Below are positions 1 through 10,550 of a DNA stretch of 64,000 bases, in pieces (within the stretch, counting starts at the first letter, position 1; each line of letters begins with the position of its first letter). The notes under the pieces are model-generated. The model did not search any database, had not been told where the DNA came from, and worked only from the letters and a program-made list of their open reading frames with translations. The DNA lies in NCBI GenBank assembly GCA_963707915.1, contig OY970178.1, forward strand, positions 2,080,001 through 2,144,000, written 5' to 3'. This DNA is from Candidatus Eiseniibacteriota bacterium (lineage in GTDB: Bacteria > Eisenbacteria > RBG-16-71-46). The position numbers were made by a program, and so were the translations under genes.

Positions 1-150
1 GTCGGCCTCGCGCCACGAGAGATTGGGCAACGGCCGCAGCTTCGGGTCGCGCACGTCGGCGACGGTGACGCGGGCCTGCGGCAGGCGCGAGGCGAGATCG
101 GTGGCGATGACGCGCCCCTGCGCGCCGCCGCCCAGGACGAGGATGTTCAT
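1..150 (-). CDS. Rossmann-fold oxidoreductase, saccharopine dehydrogenase-like (5' part, runs off window)
   Basis: Manual translation from ATG at 150: MNILVLGGGAQGRVIATDLASRLPQARVTVAD (GxGxxG plus beta2 Asp); GGAGG upstream. Confidence 0.65.
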   Translation of the reverse strand, partial: MNILVLGGGAQGRVIATDLASRLPQARVTVADVRDPKLRPLPNLSWREAD

Positions 151-402
151 GCGTGCAGCCCTCCGGTGGCCGACGGGCTACCGCCCGGTCGGGGACTGGC
201 TTGACGGTGGTGGCCGGGCCTGGGCGGAACGGGACGAACACCCTGCCGGAACGCGGGATGGACCGGACCACGGGACGCCGCAAGTTAGCAGAGAAACGGC
301 CCCGCCGCCGCATTCGACGGCTGACACCCACCCGGCGCGGTCCTACACTGATGTGCGGGAGGGGCATCCCGCCCCGCCCGCCTTCCGACGAAGGAGGCCA
401 CC

Positions 403-1137
403 ATGTCCTCCATCGACCACATCCTCGACCGGCAGGTCCGCCGCTGGGAATCGGAGAAGTCCGCCCACCTCCCCGAGCACGGCGCGCACGACCGGCCCGG
501 AACGACCCTCCAGCCCATCCTCACCGTCTCGCGCCAGCGCGGCAGCGGGGGAACCCTTCTGGCGGAGCGGCTCGCCGCCCGCTTCGGGCACACGCTGCTC
601 CACCGCGACGTGATCGACCGCATCTGCGATTCCTCGGGCTTCAAGCGCCGCATCGTCGAGTCGCTCGACGGGCACGCCCGCTCGCAGGTCCAGCTCTGGG
701 TCGAGTCCATGCTGCAGGGCGACTACGTGGACGCCAACGACTACCTCCGTGCCCTGCTCGAGGTGATCTACTCGCTCTCGCACCTCGGCGGCGTGGTCGT
801 CGTGGGGCGCGGCGCCAACTTCATCCTCGGGCCCGGTCGCGGCTTCCACCTCCGCGTCGTGGCCCCGGTCGAGGTGCGCGTGCGGAACCTCGTCGAGCGC
901 GAGGGGCTCGCCGAGCGCGACGCCCTGCGGGCGATCGAGCGGAGCGACCGCGAGCGGGCCGAGTGGATCCACAAGGCCTGCGGACGCTCGATCGACGACC
1001 CGCTCGGCTACGACCTGGTCATCAATCACCTGTCGATCTCGATGGAGTCGGCCACGAGCCTGGTGGCCGCGGCCGCGCAGGAGAAGTTCGAGAAGCTCAA
1101 GGCGGCCCGGCCCGCGGCGCCGCAGCACGCGAAGTAG
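403..1137 (+). CDS. Cytidylate kinase-like family protein
   Basis: ILTVSRQRGSGG P-loop variant, VVVGRGA, DRER, YDLVIN motifs; AGGAGG RBS. Confidence 0.85.
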   Translation: MSSIDHILDRQVRRWESEKSAHLPEHGAHDRPGTTLQPILTVSRQRGSGGTLLAERLAARFGHTLLHRDVIDRICDSSGFKRRIVESLDGHARSQVQLWVESMLQGDYVDANDYLRALLEVIYSLSHLGGVVVVGRGANFILGPGRGFHLRVVAPVEVRVRNLVEREGLAERDALRAIERSDRERAEWIHKACGRSIDDPLGYDLVINHLSISMESATSLVAAAAQEKFEKLKAARPAAPQHAK

Positions 1138-1175
1138 AGCAGGGCGCCCGCCGGGCGGAGGCCTTGCCCGCGCTC

Positions 1176-1210
1176 CCGCGTTCGCGGACCGCGGCAGTCC
1201 GCGAACGCGG
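1176..1210. terminator. Hairpin, possible terminator
   Basis: 14-bp perfect stem CCGCGTTCGCGGAC / GTCCGCGAACGCGG after the kinase-like gene; no U-tract. Confidence 0.45.
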
Positions 1211-1260
1211 AACGGGCGGGGTCAGCGCCCGCCCGCAGATGGCCTGGGGGGCGCGACACG

Positions 1261-1683
1261 GTGCGTGATACCGCTTCGCTGACTGCCTGAAACACGCGGT
1301 CCCGCGCCGCGCCCCTTGTGTCGGTATTCAAGCACCCGGCGAAACCGCGAGTCAACGGAGTTCGCAGGTTCGATCCCGGCGAACGGGATGGTTTCGCCGA
1401 CGGGGAGAATCGGCGACAATGGGGCCGCATGATGTCGCCCTGGCCCGCGCGGTGGAGCCGTCGCGCTTCACCGGACCGCCTTCGCGCACCCACCGGAGAG
1501 CCGCATGAGCCTCAGCCGCTGGTCCGTAGCCGCGCTCGCGATCGCGCTCGTCTGCCCCTTCCCCGCCATGGCCGCTGACGCCGGCGCGCTCGACTCCCTG
1601 GTCGCCGCCGAGCGCGCCTTCGCCCGGGCGTCGATCGAGAAGGGGGTGCGCGACGCGTTCCTCGAGTTCCTCGCCGAGGACGG
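1261..1683 (+). repeat. Left copy of ~422-bp direct repeat bounding the toxin island
   Basis: Aligns by eye with 12779-13200 with about 12 substitutions and one 1-nt indel. Confidence 0.95.
1505..1683 (+). pseudogene. Truncated duplicate of the 5' end of the NTF2/DUF4440-type gene
   Basis: MSLSRWSVAA...FLAEDG identical to the protein at 13022, then runs into unrelated island sequence (stop at 1771). Confidence 0.85.
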
Positions 1684-1781
1684 GCGCCGGGTCCGGCGTT
1701 TCGAGTACAGAAGGTCCGGTGTCGGGCCGCCACCGCACTTGACCGGCTGGGCTTGCCTCACAGCGGTCTAGACGTCCAGTG

Positions 1782-2228
1782 CTACCGTCGGCTGACGGGG
1801 TAACCACTGACCTCCAGATTCAGCTGTGCTTCCGCCACCTGACGCAGGAACCCCGGTTCGAACACGACACTACACGCGAACATCCGTCGGCCTCCCACGA
1901 ACAGCGCGACGTCAATAGTGCTCTCCGCTCCTGACGCCAGTAGGTCATCTATCATTCCTCGATGCCTCTTTAGATAACGTCGCGTGCTTTCTACCAGCTG
2001 CCCTGCCGTCTCTGCCTTCGCTACGCCTACAACAAGCCCGTTCTTATCTGCCACGCGCCCAAGCGCATCCGCCTCGCCCTTGCGCCATACCTTGTTGGGC
2101 CTGAGCCTTGGCCACCTCTTAGAGAACACGTCAACATCAAACCGCTCCCCAGCGCTACGCAGCACTGCACTGAACATGGCTGTCTCTCGCTTGTCGGCCT
2201 TCTCGCCCTTGCTACGTCGGAACTTCAC
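1782..2228 (-). CDS. Putative immunity protein (DUF4279-like by resemblance)
   Basis: Directly downstream of the toxin; GTG at 2228 overlaps the toxin TGA (alternative ATG at 2177); small alpha/beta protein ending LEVSGY. Confidence 0.65.
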   Translation of the reverse strand: MKFRRSKGEKADKRETAMFSAVLRSAGERFDVDVFSKRWPRLRPNKVWRKGEADALGRVADKNGLVVGVAKAETAGQLVESTRRYLKRHRGMIDDLLASGAESTIDVALFVGGRRMFACSVVFEPGFLRQVAEAQLNLEVSGYPVSRR

Positions 2229-4745
2229 ACCCCTGGCATTCGCCGGGCTCCCCGGGGCAGCAGGAAGTCGAAATAGTCGTCTCTCGGAAGCCACACAGGA
2301 ACTGGCACGGCCAACGGCGAGCGGAACCCCGGCGGGTTCTTGGGAGTCCTCAGCCAGGTCTTCCGCTTCCCCGCTCGTGGTTTGCCCTCGTCTTCCCATT
2401 GCTTACACCATCTCCGAGCCTCTTCGCGCGTCAGAACGCGGCCGTGTGGCTCATTGGGCAACACATTCTCATGGAGCCACTCCCAGAACTCCTCACTGAG
2501 GCCGAATCTCGGATCTGTCGCTCTCGGCCAAGTCCCCTCGGGGTCTGTGAAGCCCACGGGATCCCCAAACGCAAAGAGATAGAGATTCTCGCCTCCTGCC
2601 GAGAGCCCCGCCGGATCCTTGCACGTCCACCTTCCCACACCCGGATCATAGTCCCTCGCGCCGAATCTCACCAGCCCTGTTGCCGCGTCCCATAGCCCGC
2701 CGGCGTACCCGAAGCACTGGAACCCAACGTTCGTGTCCTCGAGCACACGCCCGTACGTGTCATAGTCCATCCGCTGTACGGTTTCGCCCGTGGCGGCATC
2801 CAGCACTAGCCGCACCGACCCAAGGCGGTCCGACACAATCCTGTACGTATTCCCGTTCCTCACCATGTACTCCGGCACGTTTCGCGCAGCGCCATAGACA
2901 TACCGCGCAACTACGTTCCCCACGCTGTCCAACTCAGCAACTGGTTTCAGTTGATCCTCGTAGAGCCATCCCCGCCTTAGGACTCCGTTCCATCTGCACG
3001 CGACCCGCCGACTGAGACCGTCGACAAGATACTCCATTAAGTCGCCGCTGGGGAATCCAACCGTCACCAAGTTACCGAGGGCGTCGTACGTGTAGCGGAT
3101 GGTGTCTGCACCAGTCGCCGCCGTCTTGAGTTCCCCTGCCGGTGTGTAGGCGTAGCTGGTTCCGCCGTACCTCAGTAGCCGGTCCTGCGCGTCGTACGTC
3201 GCAGTGCTGGTGTCGCTCGCGCTGCTGTGCGCCAAGCGGTTACCGTTGCCATCGTAGCTGTAGTGCTCTGTGACGCCGTCGACCGTGGCCGCCGACACGA
3301 AGCCCGAGTCTGGACTGCCGTAGGCGAAACCGTATGAACGCTCAGTGCCCTGCACCGTCTCCATCACGCCCACGACGCGCCCCAGTGAATCACGACTGTA
3401 CGTAGCCTCATACAGCGTGGTGCCGTTGGACCTCACCGTGCGCCGCCATAGCTCACCAACGTGCGAGTAGCTGTCCGTGGTCGTGACATTCCCTAGTGTC
3501 GTGCTGGAGACCAGCCCGTTGTCCAACCGTCTCGTGATGGATAGGTCGCCAGCCTGAGTCATCAGCCCGTCAGCGTCGTACGAGTAGACGACGGTGTTGC
3601 CCCCATTGACCCGCTGGCTTGCCACACGGAAGTCGCGGTCCAGCGCCACCGAAACGCTCCCGGTCGCGCGACCGCTCCAGGCTTGGATCGTGTCCACCGG
3701 ACCATCGTAGCCGTACGACAGAAATATGCTGTCCGGCGAGCTGATCGTGTGGAGCTGTCCTGTACTGAGGTAGGACAGTTGTGTGGTGCCACGGCCCATC
3801 CCGATGGCGTAGAGGCGCCCGTCGCCAGACCCGTAGCTGGCTGTCACGTATTCGCCACCGGGACGGTCGCTCCGAACCTGCACTCCGTCGTGGTCGTAGC
3901 TGTATGCGGTCACGGAGTCCGTCTCGCCAGCACCCGGCGCGACGTACGTGCTCAGCGAGTTCACACCATTGTACTCATACGCATGCTGCGGCCGCCCGGG
4001 CGGGGTTATGCCGACGAGGTTCCATTCCTCGTCATGGGACAGCGCGATGGTCCTTCCGCCCGGGAGTCGAATCTCCGTCGGCCGGTCATCAGACAGGTAC
4101 GACAAGCCAGTGACTCGACCCAGTGTGTCACGAATCGTGTTGAGGCGCCCATGTGCGTCGTAGCTGAAGCGGGCGCCTCGCCCGCCCTGATAGACGTGCG
4201 TTGGACGCCACCACGCGTCGTAGCTGCAGTAGAGGGTGGCGAGTCCCTGTACCGACACGCTCTGGACTCGACCTGCCGAGTCCACAACGGTGGTCCTGAC
4301 CCGCCCGGATGGCGAGTACTCCCTCAGGATTAGGCTGTCGGGGTTCGAGTTGAACGTCGTGCGGTACGCCGCGCGCGAGTTGATGCTGACGTCCTGCGTC
4401 CATGTCCCGGTGACCGCAGGAGGAGCGTAGTGCGAGGGCATGGTCCGCGACACCTCGACGGTCCTGGTGAGTCCACTCGGCAGGGTGGTGCGCCTGAGTC
4501 CCAGAACCGGGACTCCCATCCCAAACCGGAGGTCTGGCATGAGGCTGTCGCTGGTGACTATTCCATCCGGCGCATGGATGACCCGCCATCTGCCGTCGCT
4601 GGACTCCGTCATCGTCGTCGAGAGGCCAGCGGGGTCAATGACCTCCCGCTCCCGACTTCCGTCCCAGTTGCCTGTCACCGCATACCCAGTGACGCGCCCC
4701 TCTCCACTGGTCACTTCAACGGTCCGGCGCATGCCCTCGAAGATC
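2225..4745 (-). pseudogene. Teneurin-like YD/Rhs toxin, 3' fragment (YD repeats, Rhs core, ~100-aa C-terminal tip)
   Basis: YD repeats (YDAHGRL, YDGNGNRL, YDALGNL); Rhs core FGYAGGLWD...GARDYDP.VGRW..KDP...DPVGFTDPEG; separated from its 5' half by the IS. Confidence 0.9.
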
Positions 4746-4822
4746 GGGGTGACGTAGCCCCCGGAAGCTGACACAGAACGAGTAGCCAGTCCTCTGCTAG
4801 CCTGAACGGCACGGAGGATCTC

Positions 4823-5092
4823 ATGGCGAGCACGGGGAAGCGTTACAGCGAAGAGCAGATCATCGCGATCCTGAAGGAGGCGGACAGCGCCGGGAACGTC
4901 GGCGAGCTGATCCGGCGCCACGGGATCTCCGCCCACACCTACTACCGCTGGAAGAGCAAGTACGGTGGCCTGGAGGTGAGCGAGGCGCGGCGGCTCAAGC
5001 AACTCGAGGACGAGAACCGCCGACTTAAGCGGATCGTCGCCGACCAGACGCTGAACATCCAGATCCTGAAGGAAGCGCTGGGAAAAGACTGA
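4823..5092 (+). CDS. IS3 transposase OrfA (HTH)
   Basis: RYSEEQIIAILKEA...YYRWKSKYGGLEVSEARRLKQLEDENRRLK. Confidence 0.95.
   Translation: MASTGKRYSEEQIIAILKEADSAGNVGELIRRHGISAHTYYRWKSKYGGLEVSEARRLKQLEDENRRLKRIVADQTLNIQILKEALGKD
5080..5087 (+). other. -1 programmed ribosomal frameshift site (orfA to orfB)
   Basis: G GGA AAA G at the end of orfA; orfB lies in the -1 frame, as in IS3 elements. Confidence 0.7.
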
Positions 5093-5172
5093 CGACGGCT
5101 GCGGCCCGGCGCGCCGCCGTCCTGGAAGCCCGTTCACGCCATGCCGGACTCTCGGAGCGACGCGCCTGCACG

Positions 5173-5940
5173 GTGCTGGGTACGCCGCTGTCGGGCCAGC
5201 GCTATCGATCACGTCGCGCTCCGCAGGAGGCGCTGCGCCAGCGGCTGCGCGAGCTGGCGCTGATCCGGCTGCGCTGGGGCTATCGGCGGTTGCATCGCGT
5301 GCTCACGCGCGAGGGGCTGCGGGTGAACGTCAAGCGCGTCTACCGCCTGTACCGCGAGGAGGGTCTGGCCGTGCGGCGGCGGAAGCGCAAGCGGGTGGCG
5401 GTGGCGCGGCAACCGATGCTGGTGCCGACGCGGCTGAATGAGTGCTGGGCGATGGACTTCATGTCGGACGTGCTGTCGAGCGGACGACGCTATCGGGTGT
5501 TCAATGTGGTTGACGTGCTGAGCCGCGAGGCGCTCGCCGCCGAGGTCGACACCAGCCTGCCGGCGGCTCGGGTGATCCGGGCGCTGGAGGAGATTGCGAT
5601 CATGCGAGGCTATCCGGCGCGGATCACGCTCGACAACGGGCCGGAGTTCCGCAGCATGGCGCTGGACACCTGGGCGTACGAGCACGGGGTGGTGCTCGAC
5701 TTCATCCAGCCCGGCAAGCCGATCCAGAACAGCATGGTGGAGAGCTACAACGGTCGGATGCGTGACGAGCTGCTCAACCTGCACTGGTGGCGGAGCATCG
5801 GCGAAGCGCGCGACGCGATCGACGCCTACCGGCAGGACTTCAACGAGGCCCGGCCACACAGCGGCCTCGGTCACAAGACGCCGAGCGAGTTCGCCCGGCA
5901 CTATGCGGTAAACTCGAACCCGCAGCGGCTGGCCTCTTGA
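5173..5940 (+). CDS. IS3 transposase OrfB (DDE integrase core)
   Basis: WAMDF, VVD, LDNGPEF, PGKPIQNSMVESYNGRMRDE, RPHSGLG. Confidence 0.95.
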   Translation: MLGTPLSGQRYRSRRAPQEALRQRLRELALIRLRWGYRRLHRVLTREGLRVNVKRVYRLYREEGLAVRRRKRKRVAVARQPMLVPTRLNECWAMDFMSDVLSSGRRYRVFNVVDVLSREALAAEVDTSLPAARVIRALEEIAIMRGYPARITLDNGPEFRSMALDTWAYEHGVVLDFIQPGKPIQNSMVESYNGRMRDELLNLHWWRSIGEARDAIDAYRQDFNEARPHSGLGHKTPSEFARHYAVNSNPQRLAS

Positions 5941-5967
5941 TCTGTACCAGCGTTGGGGGCTACGTCA

Positions 5968-8900
5968 GGGGTGCTCAGCTGCTGCTGGATTCCCGTCGAG
6001 AGCGGCGCCCAATCCTCCGCCAGTCGCCCGTCACTCGCGTAGGTGAACGTATGTTGGTTACCCACGGCGTCTGTGTAGCTCTCGAGCAGACCACTGGTGG
6101 AAGTTGTAAGCGTGACGGTCGCATCCAGCGGACCACTCATCTCACTCAAGTATCCGTTTGCATCGAGCGAAAGCGTTGTGCGATGGCCGTAGGGCCCATC
6201 GATCCACAGCGGGACGCCGTTCCCGTCGCGGCCGATGGTTGTCGCCAGACCCGCCGCGTCGCGGATACTGGCCAACCGCCCCGCAGCGTCGTAGCCGAAC
6301 CGGTAGCGGATGCCTCCGGTCACTCCATCGCGCGTGTAGAGGTGTCGCCCAGCAGAATCCCCCTGCGTGGCGAACACGTACACCTCGCTGCCGTCCTTGC
6401 TTGGCACGCTGTACGCGAGCCCGTTCTCGGTGAGAGGCGGGGATTCCTTCCAGAGCATGAAGTGCCCGCCCAGGACCAGCTTGTTCTCGGGGCTGCAGGT
6501 CACGACCACGGCATGCACCAGGCTGGTCGCATCCATGGGGCCCGGTGCCTCAGCTGGCAGGGACACGGAAGGGGAATACGCGTAGACGTGCTCCACCGTG
6601 CCATCCTGGTTGCAGCGGAGCAGCAGACGCCCCCACGCAAAGGCGTAGTTGGGGGGGGAAAGCGATCGTGTCAGCAAGTAGATGGCCCCATCAGGGGCCA
6701 GCGCGATGTCGTACACCGCGCACCACGCGCTCTGGAACTCGGGTTCGTCGACGGCGGGGTAGCCGTCAAAGAACAGGCTCATGATTCCCTGGGGCGTGAC
6801 CCGGCGGACCTTGAGACCCGGACGTCCCTCGGCAATGTACAGCGCGCCGTCTCGATCGACCTCCAAGTCCTCAGGCCGCCCGATGTTCATGAGGGTCGCT
6901 CTTCCAGTCGTGTCGCTGAAGCTGGACCCACCCGCCCCGGCGTAGTCAGTGATCGTCCCGTCTGTGCCGATTCTCCTGACGCGGAAGTCTGTTGTTGACG
7001 AGTAGCTCGGACCGTTGCATTCGCCCAAGAAGAGACTCCCATCAGGGCCCAGGGCGAGAGACGAGATATGGCCGGTCCACGCGGCCTCCGTCGGCAGTCC
7101 GTCTCCACCACCCGCAACGTATCCAGCGCGTCCACCGATGACCTTGTGGATCATGCCATCAGGCGTCACAACACAGACCAGGCTCTGGTCCGGTGCCGCG
7201 TCATTGCTGGACGCGACGTAGACCGAACCGTCCGGCCCAATCGCAAGCCCGGTGATCCTGTTTGGGAAAGAGCGTTCGCGCGCGGGCCCGTCTCCACTGT
7301 ATGCGGCGCGCTGGTTCGTGCCGGCGATGCGTCTGACCATGCCGCTGCGGTCCACTCGCAGGACTGAGTACCGGCAGTCGTCTGCGATGTACAAGGCCCC
7401 ATTCGGACCGTATGCGACGCGTGTGGGATACACGGACAGCAACTCCCCCGAGTCTGGCTCGGCGGTGTCGCACAGGCCTGTCGCGAGGTTGTGCCACATG
7501 TGGCTCGGCACAGGCAGCACACCCCCATCCCCAAGGTAGACGGCACCTTCTGCCGTCGGATCGAAGGTGTGGTGTGGGCTCAGGGTCCAGCCTCCCAGGC
7601 CGTCCACAGCAGTGCCCGGCACGCCGAGGCTGATTGACTGCCGGTTCCACACGATCTGGCCGACCGCCCGGTCTCCCACCGTCAGCCCGAGCATGCCTCC
7701 CGTGTATGAGGCGTTCCCGAATGACTTCGCAAGTCGCTCCGCCGAGCCACCGGCGATCGACAGGGGGAACACATAGCCGACGCTCACCTTCGCAGTGATC
7801 GCCCGATCCACGAAGCGCCCGTAGGCGTCACGCCCATCCCACACGAGCGTCACCGGTTCCGTGGCGGACGTGATGGGACCCGGTACTCTGACTGAGTACT
7901 GCTTCCCGGCGACATCGAGATTGACGATCACCCCCTGAAGCCCGTTCGGCACCGTCTCGCCAATCACGGGGACCCGGATCGTTCGCATGACGGCATCCCC
8001 GGGCGCCCGGAAGCTCCTGTAGTTCAGGGAGTAGGGAGTGCCGGACACCGGCACACGCTCGCCCAGCGTCCTATCCTCGCACTCGATGATGGACCCCTGA
8101 ATCTCGCATGGCTCCGGGGTCTTCGACTCCATGTGCGGCACGGTCCCCGGCCTTCGCACGTAGTCCGTGAGCGGTGCCACGCTGAAGTTGCAGTCGGCAT
8201 TCGAGAACCGATCGACCGAAGTCCGACAGAGCACCGCGCCCGGGCGGTACTGGGCTGCCAGCACCTGGAGTTCGGCTGCGCCGATACCCAGGCTGTCCAG
8301 AGTCGAGGTGCTGTCACGTGATCCGTCCCCGCTCACGTCGAGTGCGGCCGTGCCAGCGCTGTCGCCAAGGACCTGGATGATGCGGGCGTCCCTGCCAGCT
8401 ACCCACCTGCCATTGCGCCGATCATAGTACCCGTAGGGCACGACAGTACCGACGGGGTAGTCGAGGAAGTTCGGGACGTAGAACACCACGGGCTTGGAGA
8501 ACACCACATCAGGGGCCGGCAGCGTGGGTTGCAGGATTCGTCCTATGGAATCGGCCTCATCCACGCTGAAGTCCACGCAGTACGTGTAGGCTGTCGCGGG
8601 GGGCAGTAGGGCTGGCATGGCCTTGGCGCCGTCCGCCCCCACGGTGTACTCGGTGAGTCGCAAGCGGATGTCGGTCAGCGCCGCGGTGTCACCGGGTGCC
8701 CGTGCGATCCGCGCCACCGTCCCCCCTTGGAACAGCACTCGGATCTCCCGGTCCCCGTTGGCATCCGTGGAGAAGCGGCCGTGCACGACCTGAAGCGAGT
8801 CGAGTTGGACCACATGCACGCGACGGCTCTTGCCGATCAGCGCAACGGTGTCCTGGATGGCGAACTCGTTCACCGCCGGCAAGCAGGCACGCTGCGCTTC

Positions 8901-10550
8901 CAGATACCCGGGCTTGCTGAAGCGCAGGGTCAACGGCGCACCGCCATTGACTACCAGGTCGAACTGGCCGTCGGCTCTGGTCGCCGTGTATCCGAATTCG
9001 TCGTGGCCAAGGACTCTCACTGTGACGTTTGGGAGCGCACCGAAGTCCCGCGCCGTGACACGCCCGCGAACAACGGCCGCCACCTCCGGCCTCAGGCTGT
9101 CTGGCACGACATCGTACTGTTGCTGAGATCCGTTCTCACCCGTGAACAGGAAGCTCACCTGGTCCAGAAACGGCGTGGTCGTGGTTGCGTTCAGGGGTGA
9201 GGGTGTGACCGTGGAGTCCGGCGGCGCACCCTCTCCGACCAGCGTGCGGAACACGTAGCGCTTGAAGCTCGTCGTGTGGCCCAGCGCATCGGTCGCGCGG
9301 AAGAAGATACCGTTGGGACCGACGTCCAAGTCCAGCGTGTCGACAAAGGTCCCAGCGGTCCCCACCGCGACCGGCTCGCCGTCCACTTCGACCACGGTGT
9401 GGGTGATGTCGCTCCACGACCCCGAGACGATCCAGAGACTATCGGTGGTCGGCGAGGTGGCCTCAGGCACGGTGAGCGTCGGAGCATGCGTGTCCCGAAT
9501 CACGGTGCGCACAAGCTCGGTCGAGTACCCCGCGCGGTTCGCGGCATGAACGGTCACCGTGTGGGCGCCCTCGGAAGACAGCGCCAGCGAGTCGGCGAAG
9601 TAGGTGGTGACCGTATCGCTCGTCACGTGCGCGGTCAGCGAGTTCACCTGCACCGTGCCGGGCGTCTCGTCGCTCACGCTGCCGCTGATCGTCACGCGGC
9701 TCGAGTCCACGAGCAGCGTATCCGTAGCCGGACGCAGCAGCGCGAGCCGGGGCGCAGTACTGTCGGTCGCCGTGACTTCGACCTGCGCGCGGGCATCCGT
9801 GCTGCCTGCCAGCGAGAGCGAATAGTCGTTGAGCGAGTCGAGTGCGACCCGCCGCGTGAGCCGGGCCGTGCCCGACCCGAACTCACTGCTGCTGATCACC
9901 TCGTCGCCGTTCAGGCCGAGGATGCCGCCGGTCACACGGTGGGTGCCATCGGGGTCGCCGTTGGTCAGGATCAGGGTGTAGGGGCCCCTCGCGCTGTCCG
10001 ACTTGGTGAACTCCCCGTCGAACTCCTGCCAGCCCGCCGGGGTGGAAGCCCGCGTGTGCGTGGCAGGCCCGTGGATCCGGTACGACGACGGGTCCGGTAT
10101 GCTCACCAGGTCCAGGCGGATGTGGCTGCCGGTTGACCCCTTCTTGACCCCCACGGTGAGTGCGTTGCTCTCCAGCGGCTCGGCCCTCTTCACCGCATAG
10201 GCCACCGTGCTGGTCACGTCCGCGGCGTTCATCAACTCCTGGTCGTTGAGGCAGAGGCTCACCTGAGCAACGCGATGGGTGCCGTTGGGGTCCCCGTTGG
10301 TGATGCGGAACTCGTACCGGCGGGAGACGTCGTAGTTGCTGAGGTCGAACGAGGTGTCCTTGACAGTCCAAGTCGGACTGCCACAAGTGAACTGACCCGG
10401 CCCGAACACCACGGTCGTCTCCGGCGGACTGCTGCTCAGACTCGTCACCCGCACCCCACCTCGCGGCAACGGCGTGCTCCCGGCCACCAGCACCAACCCC
10501 AGGAGCCCGAGCAGAACAGCCAGCGCGCGCTGCCTCCTGGCCACGTTCAC
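5968..10550 (-). pseudogene. Teneurin-like protein, 5' fragment (signal peptide, Ig-like domains, TTR/FN-plug, NHL propeller, first YD repeats)
   Basis: Hydrophobic N-terminus; VVRGRV...GYTATRADGQFDLVVNGG, ERVPVSGTPYSLNYRS, WDGRDAYG...VSVGY, GGWTLSPHH; NHL repeats (GPNGALYIAD, GPDGSVYV). Confidence 0.9.

Larger units (their letters stand above)
4750..5967 (+). mobile_element. IS3-family insertion sequence (IS407-like), 1218 bp
   Basis: Terminal IRs TGACGTAGCCCCC...ACAGA / TCTGT...GGGGGCTACGTCA with TG...CA ends; GGGG direct repeats at 4746-4749 and 5968-5971; orfA and orfB present. Confidence 0.95.

Noticed and set aside
1340..1395. Intact tRNA gene as integration site
   Set aside because: Only a T-arm-like motif is present; no D arm, anticodon arm or acceptor stem could be drawn.
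4746..5212. N-terminal part of the 995-aa ORF (2225-5212)
   Set aside because: It is antisense read-through of the IS; the true Rhs sequence resumes at 4745.
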